A stretch of 48,833 nt of DNA from Octopus bimaculoides (lineage: Eukaryota): assembly GCF_001194135.2 (NCBI RefSeq), contig NC_068982.1, forward strand, positions 131,995,132-132,043,964, in the 5' to 3' direction. Numbering within the stretch: the first letter of the stretch is position 1; each line of letters begins with the position of its first letter. Positions 23,694 to 35,146 of this stretch are shown here, one piece after another. The position numbers and the translations under genes are program-made. The notes beneath the pieces are model-generated. The model was not told the DNA's origin. It did not search any database and saw only the letters and a program-made list of their open reading frames with translations.

Positions 23694-24049
23694 NNNNNNN
23701 NNNNNNNNNNNNNNNNNNNNNNNNNNNNNNNNNNNNNNNNNNNNNNNNNNNNNNNNNNNNNNNNNNNNNNNNNNNNNNNNNNNNNNNNNNNNNNNNNNNN
23801 NNNNNNNNNNNNNNNNNNNNNNNNNNNNNNNNNNNNNNNNNNNNNNNNNNNNNNNNNNNNNNNNNNNNNNNNNNNNNNNNNNNNNNNNNNNNNNNNNNNN
23901 NNNNNNNNNNNNNNNNNNNNNNNNNNNNNNNNNNNNNNNNNNNNNNNNNNNNNNNNNNNNNNNNNNNNNNNNNNNNNNNNNNNNNNNNNNNNNNNNNNNN
24001 NNNNNNNNNNNNNNNNNNNNNNNNNNNNNGCAAACTCTGGGATTTCTTC

Positions 24050-24143
24050 GCCGGGTTTCTTTTGCCAAACCGCTAAGTTCCGTGGACATAAATAAACCAA
24101 CACCTGTTTTCAGGGAGAAGTGGGGAATAAAACAAACGCGCAC

Positions 24144-24180
<37 letters not shown>

Positions 24181-24352
24181 TATGTGTGTGTGTACGATGC
24201 GCTTCCATACAGTTTCCGTCAACCAAATACCCTTATAGGGCACTGTTCGGCCTGGGATTACAGTAGAGGACAGTTGCCCCAGACGTTGCACAGTGGGATT
24301 GAATCGAAAACCACGTGGTTGCAAAGCAAACTTCTTAACAACCCATCCATGA
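24050..24352 (-). mobile_element. SINE family B, diverged copy with internal (CA)n
   Basis: AACCGCTAAGTT..(CA)n..CAGTTTCCGTCAACCAAAT..CAGTGGGATTGAA..AACCACGTGGTTGCAAAGCAAACTTCTT. Confidence 0.65.
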
Positions 24353-24969
24353 CTACATCGAAGAAATTTGATCGTATGCACAGTCTAATGTTAAAGAAGC
24401 TAGTTTAGTAATCATAAGACTCCCATTACATCCTCATTACTTGGTTTCTTGAGTTCATGCCTTTCGTCATAAACCTTGAGCCCTGTGAACAAAATTGGAT
24501 AATCGGAAACTGCGTTGAAACCTGTCGGATCAACTATAGTTATAGTTCAAAGGGCTGGTCTTGTAAGACACGTAGTCACACTGGTTCTATCTGAGAATAA
24601 CGTGAAGGATACAACTCTCTAATAAATAATCAACCATTTTAATTAATCGGCGATTCAGATGAGTGAACAGCTGAAATACTCGTGGTCAAAAACCCAGCGG
24701 AAATCCATTTGCTATTTATATATATTTATACTTTTAAGGTGAGCAATCTGTGTCCATGCGTATGTGTGTGTGCTTGTGAGAGAGAGGCGGGGGAGAGAGG
24801 TGGGAGAGAGATTATATTTCGGAGTTTGCATGTGTAAAAGAAGGGAACAGCCTGTAATAGTCTTAGAAGTGAGAGTTTTATGGTTGTGTATGAATATTAT
24901 TATATATGTATATGCAAGTATGCCTGTGTATCNNNNNNNNNNNNNNNNNNNNNNNNNNNNNNNNNNNNN

Positions 24970-25005
<36 letters not shown>

Positions 25006-25529
25006 TTACACGCATACACACACACACACACACATATATCTATATACACAAAGGGGTGGAGGATGTGTGTGAGTGTGTAACTGCGAGGGAGAGGAAGAGA
25101 GACAGACAGACAGCAAGCGCATTTTAAAAATTAATTATGTAAATCATCATAGGCCATAGATGTTCTCTACTACTTTTGTATATGTCTAATGCATACATCT
25201 GCTAAAGGGCCACAGCTGTGCCGACGACATCTATTGAGACAGAAACATGTGTTGCATTAGTCCCCTTGACTCCAGGAACAAAAAATTTATATATAAAAAA
25301 GATTATATTTTCTATAATAATCTGCCGAGAATTCTTGTTTCTCGAAATTATCTCTCCTACACCTTCGGCGTCATCGCAATTGACACAAGGCGTTTGTTTA
25401 CTATCTCTCTGAGAGAAGATCATCATATAGATCAAGAATCTATCTTGTATTATAGTTAATATACCATTATTGTCCATGCCCGCATTCAAGCCATTGACTA
25501 CACAGAATAAATTTATCTTACCAGCAGCT

Positions 25530-25656
25530 AACTGGCGGAATCGTTAGCAAATCGAATAAAATGCTTGTCAGAATTTCTTTCAGCTTCGCGTTCTGGTTTC
25601 AAATGCCGCTGACTTTGCCTTTTATTCATTCAGGGTCAATAGAATAAGTATTATTA
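25530..25656 (+). mobile_element. SINE family A, 5' portion, directly followed by a family B copy
   Basis: CTGGCGGAATCGTTAGC..GGTTTCAAAT..GACTTTGCCTTTTATTCATTCAGGGTCAATAGAATAAGTA. Confidence 0.6.
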
Positions 25657-26050
25657 AAGGTGCTGGTGTGGTAAAATACTTGCTTCTCAACCACATAGTT
25701 TCAAACTCAGTCCCACTGCCTGGCACCTTGGAGAAATGTTTTTTTTTCTTTTTTCTATAGTATCGGTTGATCAAAGCCTTGCGAGTGGATTTCCTAGACG
25801 GAAACTGGAAGAAGCCTAACATATACATAAGTAAATATCTATGTGTATTTTTATATTTCTGTTTACCCACCACTTGGCAACTGGTGTTAGTTCGTTTACG
25901 TCCCCGTAAGTTAGCAGGTCGGCCAGAAGAGAATGATTGAATAATTAGCAGCCTTAAGAAATAAGTACTGGGATTAATTTGTTTGACAAAACCCGTCAAG
26001 GCGATGTCCCTGCACAACCGCAGTCCAATGGCGGAAACAAGGGAAAGATA
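25657..26050 (+). mobile_element. SINE family B, near full length
   Basis: Head GTGTGGTAAAATACTTGCTTCTCAACCACAT..CTCAGTCCCACTGC..GGCACCTTGG; body AAAGCCTTGCGAGTGGATTT..GACGGAAACTG; tail GTTTACGTCCCCGTAA..CCGCAGTCCAATG. Confidence 0.8.
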
Positions 26051-26133
26051 AATAGAGAAAAGAAACACACACACACACATGAATATATATATACATATAC
26101 ATTCATGCATACATATATATATATATGTATATA

Positions 26134-26136
<3 letters not shown>

Positions 26137-26191
<55 letters not shown>

Positions 26192-26320
26192 TATTATTAT
26201 CATTATTATTATCATATCATATCGGTTTCGATAAATTAAGTACCAGTTGCGTACTGAGTCAATCTAATCGACTGGTCCCCTTCCCCAAACATTTCGGGCC
26301 TTGTACCTAGAGTAGAAAAG

Positions 26321-26379
<59 letters not shown>

Positions 26380-26580
26380 TATAATTATTATTTTTATTGT
26401 TATTATTATATTATATCTGAGTTCAAATCCCGTCGAGGTTGACTTTGCCTTTCATCCTTTCGGGGTCGATAAAATAAATACCAGTTGAACACTGGGGTAG
26501 ATATAATCGACTCATCCCCACCTCTTGCCAACCTGCCCTTGTGGCAAAAATTTGAAATAATAATTATTATATTATATTAC
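26137..26580 (+). mobile_element. Two 5'-truncated SINE family A copies (26223-26320, 26416-26557) embedded in (ATT)n tracts
   Basis: Order: (ATT)n, family A 3' part, (ATT)n, family A body and tail, (ATA)n. Confidence 0.8.
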
Positions 26581-27306
26581 ATCACACACACACATTATGT
26601 GCATGGGCACACAAAATACTCATAAGTATATAATAGACAAAACCAAGAAGAAAGCACACACACACACATATATCCACATGTGTGTGCGCGTATGCACGTG
26701 TATATTGATGTGTGAGTGGAGATTTTGTCTTAGTGTAAGTATGCGAGTGGGTGTTCGTTTGGACGGTTCGTTTGGTCTGGTTAAACTACAGGAACTTCGT
26801 GAATACTCTTGAACATGTGAAACAGAAATGAAGAGGGAAAGAGACAAGAGAAGAATTAGACAACAGGAATTAGAGATTAAGGAACGGCGAGGGGAGACGT
26901 CGACGACAGAAGAGATAGCGGAAATGGTAGAGAGAGAGATAGAGAGAAAAGAAAAGAGAGAGGAGAAGTATCGAAAGAAAGAATGGGTGGGTGGAGTCAT
27001 ATTGACTAAGAGACAAACCAGAAATACAGTGAGTAAAGATTAAAGAACTGCAGAGGACAGTGAAGAATTATAGAATGGTAGGTGCATATGCAATTAAGTC
27101 AAAATAGAAACTCCGAGAAAGGGAAATAGATGAGAGAGGGAGAGAGAGGGGGGAGAGAAAGTGAGAGGGTATGGGAGTGAGGGAGTGAGGGAGAAGAGCG
27201 TAGTGAAGTGGGCGAAGTAGCATTGAGAGAAAAAGAGATGAAAAAATGGGGGCGGAGAGAAATGTAAAGGAAAGAGAGAGGAAGTAGGAGTGCAACAAAC
27301 TCATTT

Positions 27307-27368
27307 GAGAGAGAACGAGAGAGAACGAGAGGGAACGAGAGGGAACGAGAGAGAACGAGAGGGAACTG
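27307..27368. repeat. 10-bp minisatellite GAG(A/G)GAACGA, about 6 copies
   Basis: Directly visible. Confidence 0.85.
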
Positions 27369-27567
27369 CCAGATAGACAGAGAATACATAATCTGGAAAT
27401 CTGCACGTGAAGATGTGTGCGTGTGTGTGCGTGCATGTGAGTGTGTGTGTGTGTGTGTGTGTGTCTGTGTGTGTGTGTGTGTTTACGTTATATACATATG
27501 TGTGTGTGTGTGTGTGTGTGTGTACATACACACACACACACACACATATACACTAATACTTCTGCAG

Positions 27568-27626
27568 ATAGATAGATAGATAGATAGATAGACATACAGA
27601 CGGATAGATAGATAGATAGATAGAAG

Positions 27627-27684
<58 letters not shown>
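27568..27684. repeat. (AGAT)n microsatellite
   Basis: Directly visible. Confidence 0.93.
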
Positions 27685-27685
<1 letters not shown>

Positions 27686-28456
27686 GTGGAAGAATAGAAA
27701 ATACATGTGACAGAGAGAGTGGAAGTAGCAGGACGTGTGTGTGTGTGTGTACATACACGCGCACATATATTCAGTTATATTCACCTATAAATCCTATAAG
27801 GAATATCGACAAATAAAATGAGTGGGTTTCTTTTTCGCCTTTTCATTTCCTTTATTTTTCTGCATTTATTTTTTTCCTTATTATTATTATTTTTGTTAAT
27901 GTATAGATGGAGAATGGTTAATACCAATATTTACCACTGCAGCCGCAACCGTCATCATATGATGTCTGAACGCGCCCCCGCTACCTCAACTCTGTGATAG
28001 GATCGGCTAAAGAGGTGTGACTATGACGAAAGCAACTACACACAAAAGGCAGTAGCAGACCACCTGTACGCGGTCACGAGCAGTTGAGGAGGAGACCTCT
28101 AAATGGTTGCTTGACCTGTTAGAAATTGCAGCCAAATCACCCTCGAATTACAACCTAATAGAGTCTCAAAATAAAGAGAGGAAAAACAAAATTTAAAAAA
28201 AAAATACAAAATATGATGTATTGATGTATTACATAGAGTTATATACATTAGAATTGATAAAAAGTAAATAAAGCGTGATGGTCATGGTTGGAACGTATTT
28301 CAACAGTTTCAGTAATTACTGTAATTATGATTATTCTTCATTATTAAAATTTTTATTGTTGTTTTTCTGTTTACACGGTTTTTCATGTAATTTTACAGTG
28401 TCGACCTGTAGGGTCCGCGATCTCTTTCTAAACCCTTATTGGTTAGTGAAAAAACG

Positions 28457-28561
<105 letters not shown>

Positions 28562-28566
28562 GGTTA

Positions 28567-28785
28567 GGGCGGCGAGTATTGCCGACTCGATAGCGCGTCG
28601 ACAAAAGTGCTTAGACACATTTCTTCTGAGTTCTTCACGTTCTGAGTTCAAATCCCACCGAGGACGAATTTGCTTTTCATCTTTTCGGGGGTCGATAAAA
28701 TATAAGTACCAGTTGAGTACGGGGAGCGACGTGATCGACTAACCCCACTTCCCAATATCTGCTGGCCTTGTGCCAAAATCTTCAT
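28567..28785 (+). mobile_element. SINE family A, full length
   Basis: GGCGGCGAG head, GTTCTGAGTTCAAATCCC, central block, GCTGGCCTTGTGCCAAAAT tail. Confidence 0.82.
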
Positions 28786-28919
28786 AATTAGTGCTTATAA
28801 TTAATTGGTTATTATTATTGACGGTGAAGGTCATCAACCGTTATCTTTGTCGTTGTAATCGTCGCTTTTCCAAGTATTTTCACCGTCTGCATGAGCAGTG
28901 TTGTTTATCATCGTCTTAA

Positions 28920-29055
28920 CTACGATCATCCTCATCATTATCACCATCACCACCGAACTCATCATCATCATCATCATCGTCGTCGTCGTCGTCGTCGTTG
29001 TCGTCGTCATCGTCACCATCATCATTACCGTCGTCGTCGTCGTCATCAATCACCA
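28920..29055. repeat. Compound (CAT)n/(CGT)n trinucleotide low-complexity tract
   Basis: Directly visible. Confidence 0.9.
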
Positions 29056-29197
29056 TTCATGAACAGCTGGAGAAAGTGATAGCAGCACGTACAAGTTTTG
29101 TTGTAGACAGTAGTATCAATAAAGGAGGCGGCGACAGATCGAACAACTGCGCACGCGAATATTCATACACATGCACATATATATTAAATATATATAC

Positions 29198-29230
<33 letters not shown>

Positions 29231-29768
29231 GAGTGANNNNNNNNNNNNNNNNNNNNNNNNNNNNNNNNNNNNNNNNNNNNNNNNNNNNNNNNNNNNNNNN
29301 NNNNNNNNNNNNNNNNNNNNNNNNNNNNNNNNNNNNNNNNNNNNNNNNNNNNNNNNNNNNNNNNNNNNNNNNNNNNNNNNNNNNNNNNNNNNNNNNNNNN
29401 NNNNNNNNNNNNNNNNNNNNNNNNNNNNNNNNNNNNNNNNNNNNNNNNNNNNNNNNNNNNNNNNNNNNNNNNNNNNNNNNNNNNNNNNNNNNNNNNNNNN
29501 NNNNNNNNNNNNNNNNNNNNNNNNNNNNNNNNNNNNNNNNNNNNNNNNNNNNNNNNNNNNNNNNNNNNNNNNNNNNNNNNNNNNNNNNNNNNNNNNNNNN
29601 NNNNNNNNNNNNNNNNNNNNNNNNNNNNNNNNNNNNNNNNNNNNNNNNNNNNNNNNNNNNNNNNNNNNNNNNNNNNNNNNNNNNNNNNNNNNNNNNNNNN
29701 NNNNNNNNNNNNNNNNNNNNNNNNNNNNNNNNNNNNNNNNNNNNNNNNNNNNNNNNNNNNNNNNNNNN

Positions 29769-29842
29769 AGGCCGACCAAAACCTTGTGAGCGAATTTGGT
29801 AGACGGAAATTCAAAGAAGCCCGTCGTGTGTGTATATATATA

Positions 29843-29880
<38 letters not shown>

Positions 29881-30060
29881 TGTTCCCCCACCATCGCTTT
29901 GACAGCCGATGTTGGTGTGTTTACGTCCCCGTAACATAGCGGTTCGGCAAAAGAGACCAATAGAATAAGTACTAAGCTTACAAAGAATAAGACCCGGGGT
30001 CGATTTGTTCGACTAAAGGCTGTGCTCCAGCATGGCCACAGTCAAATGACTGAAAAGAAT
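29769..30060 (+). mobile_element. SINE family B (head lost in gap), well preserved, with internal (TA)/(TG) tract
   Basis: GGCCGACCAAAACCTTGTGAG..GAAGCCCGTCG-(TA)(TG)-..GTTTACGTCCCCGTAAC..GGGGTCGATTTGTTCGACT..CAGCATGGCCACAGTCAAATGACTGAAA. Confidence 0.88.
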
Positions 30061-30130
30061 TAAAAAAATATTCAAACACGTCTGCTTTCATACAAATATG
30101 CACGCGCATACACACATAGATATGCATATA

Positions 30131-30172
<42 letters not shown>

Positions 30173-30295
30173 GCCACACCCCCGTAATATTGTGAATACC
30201 CTGTTTTATTCTATTATGTTCTTTTCCTCATTTATTACTGCATTCAATTTTCTTTGTCCTCTTTATCACTTATCCTACATCGTCGTCTTGCCCGC

Positions 30296-30296
<1 letters not shown>

Positions 30297-30361
<65 letters not shown>
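30297..30361. repeat. (GTA)n microsatellite
   Basis: Directly visible. Confidence 0.95.
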
Positions 30362-31173
30362 CAAAGTCCCGTATCGTCCCTGTCATCCGTTGCGCCCTGG
30401 TGGCAATTGGAGGAAGAATCATTGTTTTGCGATTTTGGATTATTCCTGGACATCCTGGTTTTCATCCCACTTGATCAAAGTCTGTACTTATGGTCACCTC
30501 CATAATATTTTTTTTTTTCTTTTAACAAGCTAATTAAAAAGGCAAAAAAAAAAAGCGTAGGCTATAAGCTTGACTGAATGTGATGGCTCTGAGAAATCGT
30601 GATGAATTGGGCGCGTGGGGGGGAGAAAACCGGAATAGAAGAATATGCTGTAGACTTGTTAGATACACTCAAGAATGAAACATGAGAAGCTTATTTATCA
30701 CTACCATTACAATTACTGCTGTTGTCATCACCAATTCCAACCCCTAAACCCATTTGCTGTTAATGCTACCAACGACAATGATGGTTGATGGAGTTGCTAG
30801 AAATAGGTAGAAAAGCCCCGCTGCATTCAAATTCCGTCAATAAATAATTAATTGAATAATTAAATAAAGTACATACATTAAGTAATTTAGTTCTTGATAG
30901 AGTCCCTCTCGAAAAAAAAAAAAACAGACGGGAAGGTCATGTTGGGATTTCGTTCTTATCAGAAGACTGTCCAAACAGGGTTGGCCAGTAGTTAAATGAC
31001 AACAAAACGATAGTACTCTCCAAACAGCACCTCCACCACCGCCGCCACCACCATCACCAGTGACAACATCATCATCAACAACAACAGCAACAATAACACC
31101 TCATTCCTAACCCATATCATCATCATTATCCTCATCTTTTCATAACTCACTCCAAGTCTGCGTCCAGGTATAT

Positions 31174-31230
<57 letters not shown>

Positions 31231-31469
31231 CCTGCGCACACACGTGTGTATATATTATTCCTTTTTTTTTCTACCAACATAAGGCAGGTGTTTGGAAATA
31301 TTCGTTGCAAGCTCAAAACGTCTACCATGTGTATATATAACATGTATGTATGCATGTATGTATGTATGTATGTATGTATGTACGTATGTATGTATGTATG
31401 TATCTTTAATAAGCATATAACAAAATATCCAACACTAACTTTAATAACAGAAATAAAATAATAATAATC

Positions 31470-31660
31470 GTCTCAACGATAAGACTCGAAATGCTTTTGG
31501 ATGGTGGTGAGTATCTAGTCGATTACATCGACCCCTGTACTCTAGTCGTACTTATTTTATCGACCCCGAAAGAATGAATGGCAAAATTTACCTAGGGAGA
31601 ATTTGAACTCAGAACGGAAGAAAAGGCGACATGTAAAAGCAGGTTTTGTCAGCTCACAAT
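31470..31660 (-). mobile_element. SINE family A copy
   Basis: AGTCGATTACATCGACCCC..GTACTTATTTTATCGACCCCGAAAG..AATTTGAACTCAGAAC. Confidence 0.75.
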
Positions 31661-32249
31661 TATAATAACAACGCTGTTTTTTTTTCCCCTATTGGCGTTT
31701 AGGGTCCAAGTCGTTGGGGACAGCACAAATGTGACATGCAAAAGGAAGCAAGAAGCAATAATCAGTGGTGTTGGTAATAGTGATAAGGGTTTGCCCTGAG
31801 TAAAGGTACGAGAGGGAGATCAACAACATTAATAGAGACCCTTAGTAAATAGATAACAAAAAAATTGCAAGAACAATGAAGGGCAAACTGAAATATGGAT
31901 AGAAATGATCCCATATATGGGGGAATTGTTAAAGAAATAGGGTAATTCGTAGAGTACCCGTTCCAGTCATATATGATCCCGATCATGATCCCCCTCGTAC
32001 GTCAAATACTAGTGCCTGCTCCCAGTTTTTGCTGCCAACCTATGACCACAAATTAAATAAGGTCCGTTTAACCACGTAAGCCAATAAAGCCATTTATCAC
32101 CTTTGATAAGATAACGAGAGAAAAAAAATTACTAGGGAGACAAACGAACGAACACACGTCTTTACACCATCACTTTCTCCATCAAGTGGTACTTGAGGCT
32201 GATATCGTTACTGTGTCTACTCCTAATAAGTTAAACAAACATAGCTGCA

Positions 32250-32379
32250 GCATTCACAGCAGCAATAACAGTTGCAGTAGGAGTAACAACAGCAGAAGCG
32301 AACAGCCGCGGCAGCAGCAACAGCAGAAGCAGCAGCAGAAGTAGCAGCAGCAGCAGCTGTAGTAGTAGTAGTAGTAGTA

Positions 32380-32443
<64 letters not shown>
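32250..32443. repeat. Degenerate (AGC)n grading into (AGT)n
   Basis: Directly visible. Confidence 0.9.
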
Positions 32444-32444
<1 letters not shown>

Positions 32445-32448
32445 TAAC

Positions 32449-32672
32449 TATATAAAGTAGAATACGATTCTAACCAACACTCCATTAACAGTTTTTAGTG
32501 AGAGAAGACAGCAAACAAAATTACGCCGAGGGAACACACAGTCACATATACATACAAAAAACAAGATAAATATACGAAAACAGAAACACTCCGTTGTGTC
32601 AAAACCCAACAACGGTCTTGCAATAACAGCATCTAAGGTTTGTTCCAGAAAACGTTTCCCATTCAAGTGAGT
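32449..32672 (+). promoter_or_regulatory. Candidate TATA box plus ATG-free first exon ending at a GTGAGT donor
   Basis: TATATAAAG at 32449-32457; no ATG in 32478-32666; CAA|GTGAGT donor at 32667; T-rich intron-like sequence follows. Motif-level evidence only. Confidence 0.25.
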
Positions 32673-32909
32673 TGTACACTTTCAGTTGAAGTTCATTCTT
32701 TCCTTCTTTTCTTTTTTTTTTTCACTCTTCTTTGTTGATGTTTAATTTTTAGATCTTCTTTTTTGGTGTGTCCTCTACTTTTTTGTCAACAAGAGTAAAC
32801 ATGCACAAACACATATACAGGCATGCATGTACATATATGTAAATATATGTGTGCGTTTTCATGCTTGTATGTGCACATACCTACGTATGGATGTCTATAT
32901 ATATATATA

Positions 32910-32965
32910 TATAAATATAATTAAGGGATCAGCAAATATTTGCTGATCCCTTAATTATATTTATA
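32910..32965. repeat. Perfect 56-bp palindrome with no spacer
   Basis: 28 consecutive pairs checked around the centre 32937/32938 (..TTAAGGGATCAGCAAAT|ATTTGCTGATCCCTTAA..). Confidence 0.95.
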
Positions 32966-33165
32966 AATATATATGAGCTTTTAAATAAGTTCTCCACCAA
33001 TAATGGTGCTTTCATACCGATGGGCTTGGTAAAAATTGTTAATTGTTAATTGATTTATTAATTAATAAATTGATAATCTTTTACCCTTTNNNNNNNNNNN
33101 NNNNNNNNNNNNNNNNNNNNNNNNNNNNNNNNNNNNNNNNNNNNNNNNNNNNNNNNNNNNNNNNN

Positions 33166-33197
<32 letters not shown>

Positions 33198-33526
33198 TAA
33201 ACAGGGAGAGATAGAGAGGGGAGAAAGAGAACACAGCTGATAGGTAAAAAAGTTCGCATCCAAACCACGTGGTTCTGCATTCGAACCCGCCGAAGGAGCT
33301 GTCATCTGTTACAATCTCGCTTTAAGTACTGTTTCGTGAGTTGATTTGGTGGATTTTTCCATATAGGCATACATACATACATACATACATACATACATAC
33401 ATACATACATACATACATACATGCATGCATGCACGCATACATACATATATATAAATATATACGTACATACATGTATCACTGCATTCATATATGCCATATA
33501 TACATAAAACACACACACACACACAC

Positions 33527-33574
<48 letters not shown>

Positions 33575-33775
33575 CTGTATATATAATGACACATGCACGC
33601 ACATACACACACGCGCATATACCTGCGATCCTCGTCAAGCCATTGCAGTTTTAATGTTGTGTTCCTTTGTGTCCCGTTTGAAGAATAACATTCCATAAAA
33701 TAATAACTAAACTGATATATTAAGGTACTAAAAGCAGTGAAATATAAATTTATATGCATCTGCATGTATATATGA

Positions 33776-33810
<35 letters not shown>

Positions 33811-33820
33811 NNNNNNNNNN

Positions 33821-33859
<39 letters not shown>

Positions 33860-33892
33860 ACACACATACAGATACATGCAGACACCCACACA

Positions 33893-33947
<55 letters not shown>

Positions 33948-34281
33948 ATATATATATACATATATATGTATGTATGTATTTACGTATGCATGCTCGAAAC
34001 TTAAAGCCATCTACCTTTCCTTCCCTGAGCGTCTGATAATACTTAACATGTACCACGTCCTCGCGCTGTGTTTTTTTTTCTGTGTGTGTTTGTTGTTCTT
34101 CTTTTTGGGATTTACTATATATACATATATATATATATACATGCATATGTATAAAAAGAGACAGAGAGAGCGAGAGAGAAAGAAAAAGAGAGGGATTGAT
34201 AGATTGATCGATAGATAGAAATATATGTCAATGTACGTAAACATACACACACATGCACAATAACACCCTTATTAAAGTATA

Positions 34282-34317
<36 letters not shown>

Positions 34318-34351
34318 CATATATATTGATAAGTAACAATGTGTTTAAATT

Positions 34352-34416
<65 letters not shown>

Positions 34417-34979
34417 CATTTATGTATATATATATATATATANNNNNNNNNNNNNNNNNNNNNNNNNNNNNNNNNNNNNNNNNNNNNNNNNNNNNNNNNN
34501 NNNNNNNNNNNNNNNNNNNNNNNNNNNNNNNNNNNNNNNNNNNNNNNNNNNNNNNNNNNNNNNNNNNNNNNNNNNNNNNNNNNNNNNNNNNNNNNNNNNN
34601 NNNNNNNNNNNNNNNNNNNNNNNNNNNNNNNNNNNNNNNNNNNNNNNNNNNNNNNNNNNNNNNNNNNNNNNNNNNNNNNNNNNNNNNNNNNNNNNNNNNN
34701 NNNNNNNNNNNNNNNNNNNNNNNNNNNNNNNNNNNNNNNNNNNNNNNNNNNNNNNNNNNNNNNNNNNNNNNNNNNNNNNNNNNNNNNNNNNNNNNNNNNN
34801 NNNNNNNNNNNNNNNNNNNNNNNNNNNNNNNNNNNNNNNNNNNNNNNNNNNNNNNNNNNNNNNNNNNNNNNNNNNNNNNNNNNNNNNNNNNNNNNNNNNN
34901 NNNNNNNNNNNNNNNNNNNNNNNNNNNNNNNNNNNNNNNNNNNNNNNNNNNNNNNNNNATATATATATATATATACATA

Positions 34980-35146
34980 TACGACGGGCTTCTTTCAGTT
35001 TCCATCTACCAAATCCACTCACAAGCCTTTGGTTCGCGCGAGGCTATAGGAGAAGACACTTACCCAAGGTGCCACGCGGTGGAACTGAACCCGGAACCAT
35101 GTGGTTGGGAAGCAAGCTTCTTGCCACACAGCCACTCCTGCGCCTA
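34980..35146 (-). mobile_element. SINE family B, 5' half including tRNA-like head
   Basis: Minus strand: GGCGCAGGAGTGGCTGTGTGGCAAGAAGCTTGCTTCCCAACCACATGGTTCCGGGTTCAGTTCCACC..GGCACCTTGGGTAAGTGTCTTCT. Confidence 0.88.

Noticed and set aside
23488-24408. Long ORFs of 160-330 aa spanning N runs (also 28998-29937, 34115-35150, 35545-36197, 37218-38250)
   Set aside because: They are open only because N codons translate as X; the flanks are microsatellite or SINE.
26828-27043. Charged E/R/K-rich 71-aa ORF
   Set aside because: GA-rich low-complexity DNA continuous with flanking purine tracts; no domain and no splice context.
28834-29079. Poly-His/Arg/Ser/Met ORFs
   Set aside because: Translations of (CAT)n/(CGT)n repeats.
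34980-35146. tRNA genes at A-box/B-box motifs (also 1660, 21408, 45096 and family A heads)
   Set aside because: No complete cloverleaf with an acceptor stem; each continues into a dispersed repeat body, so these are SINE heads.
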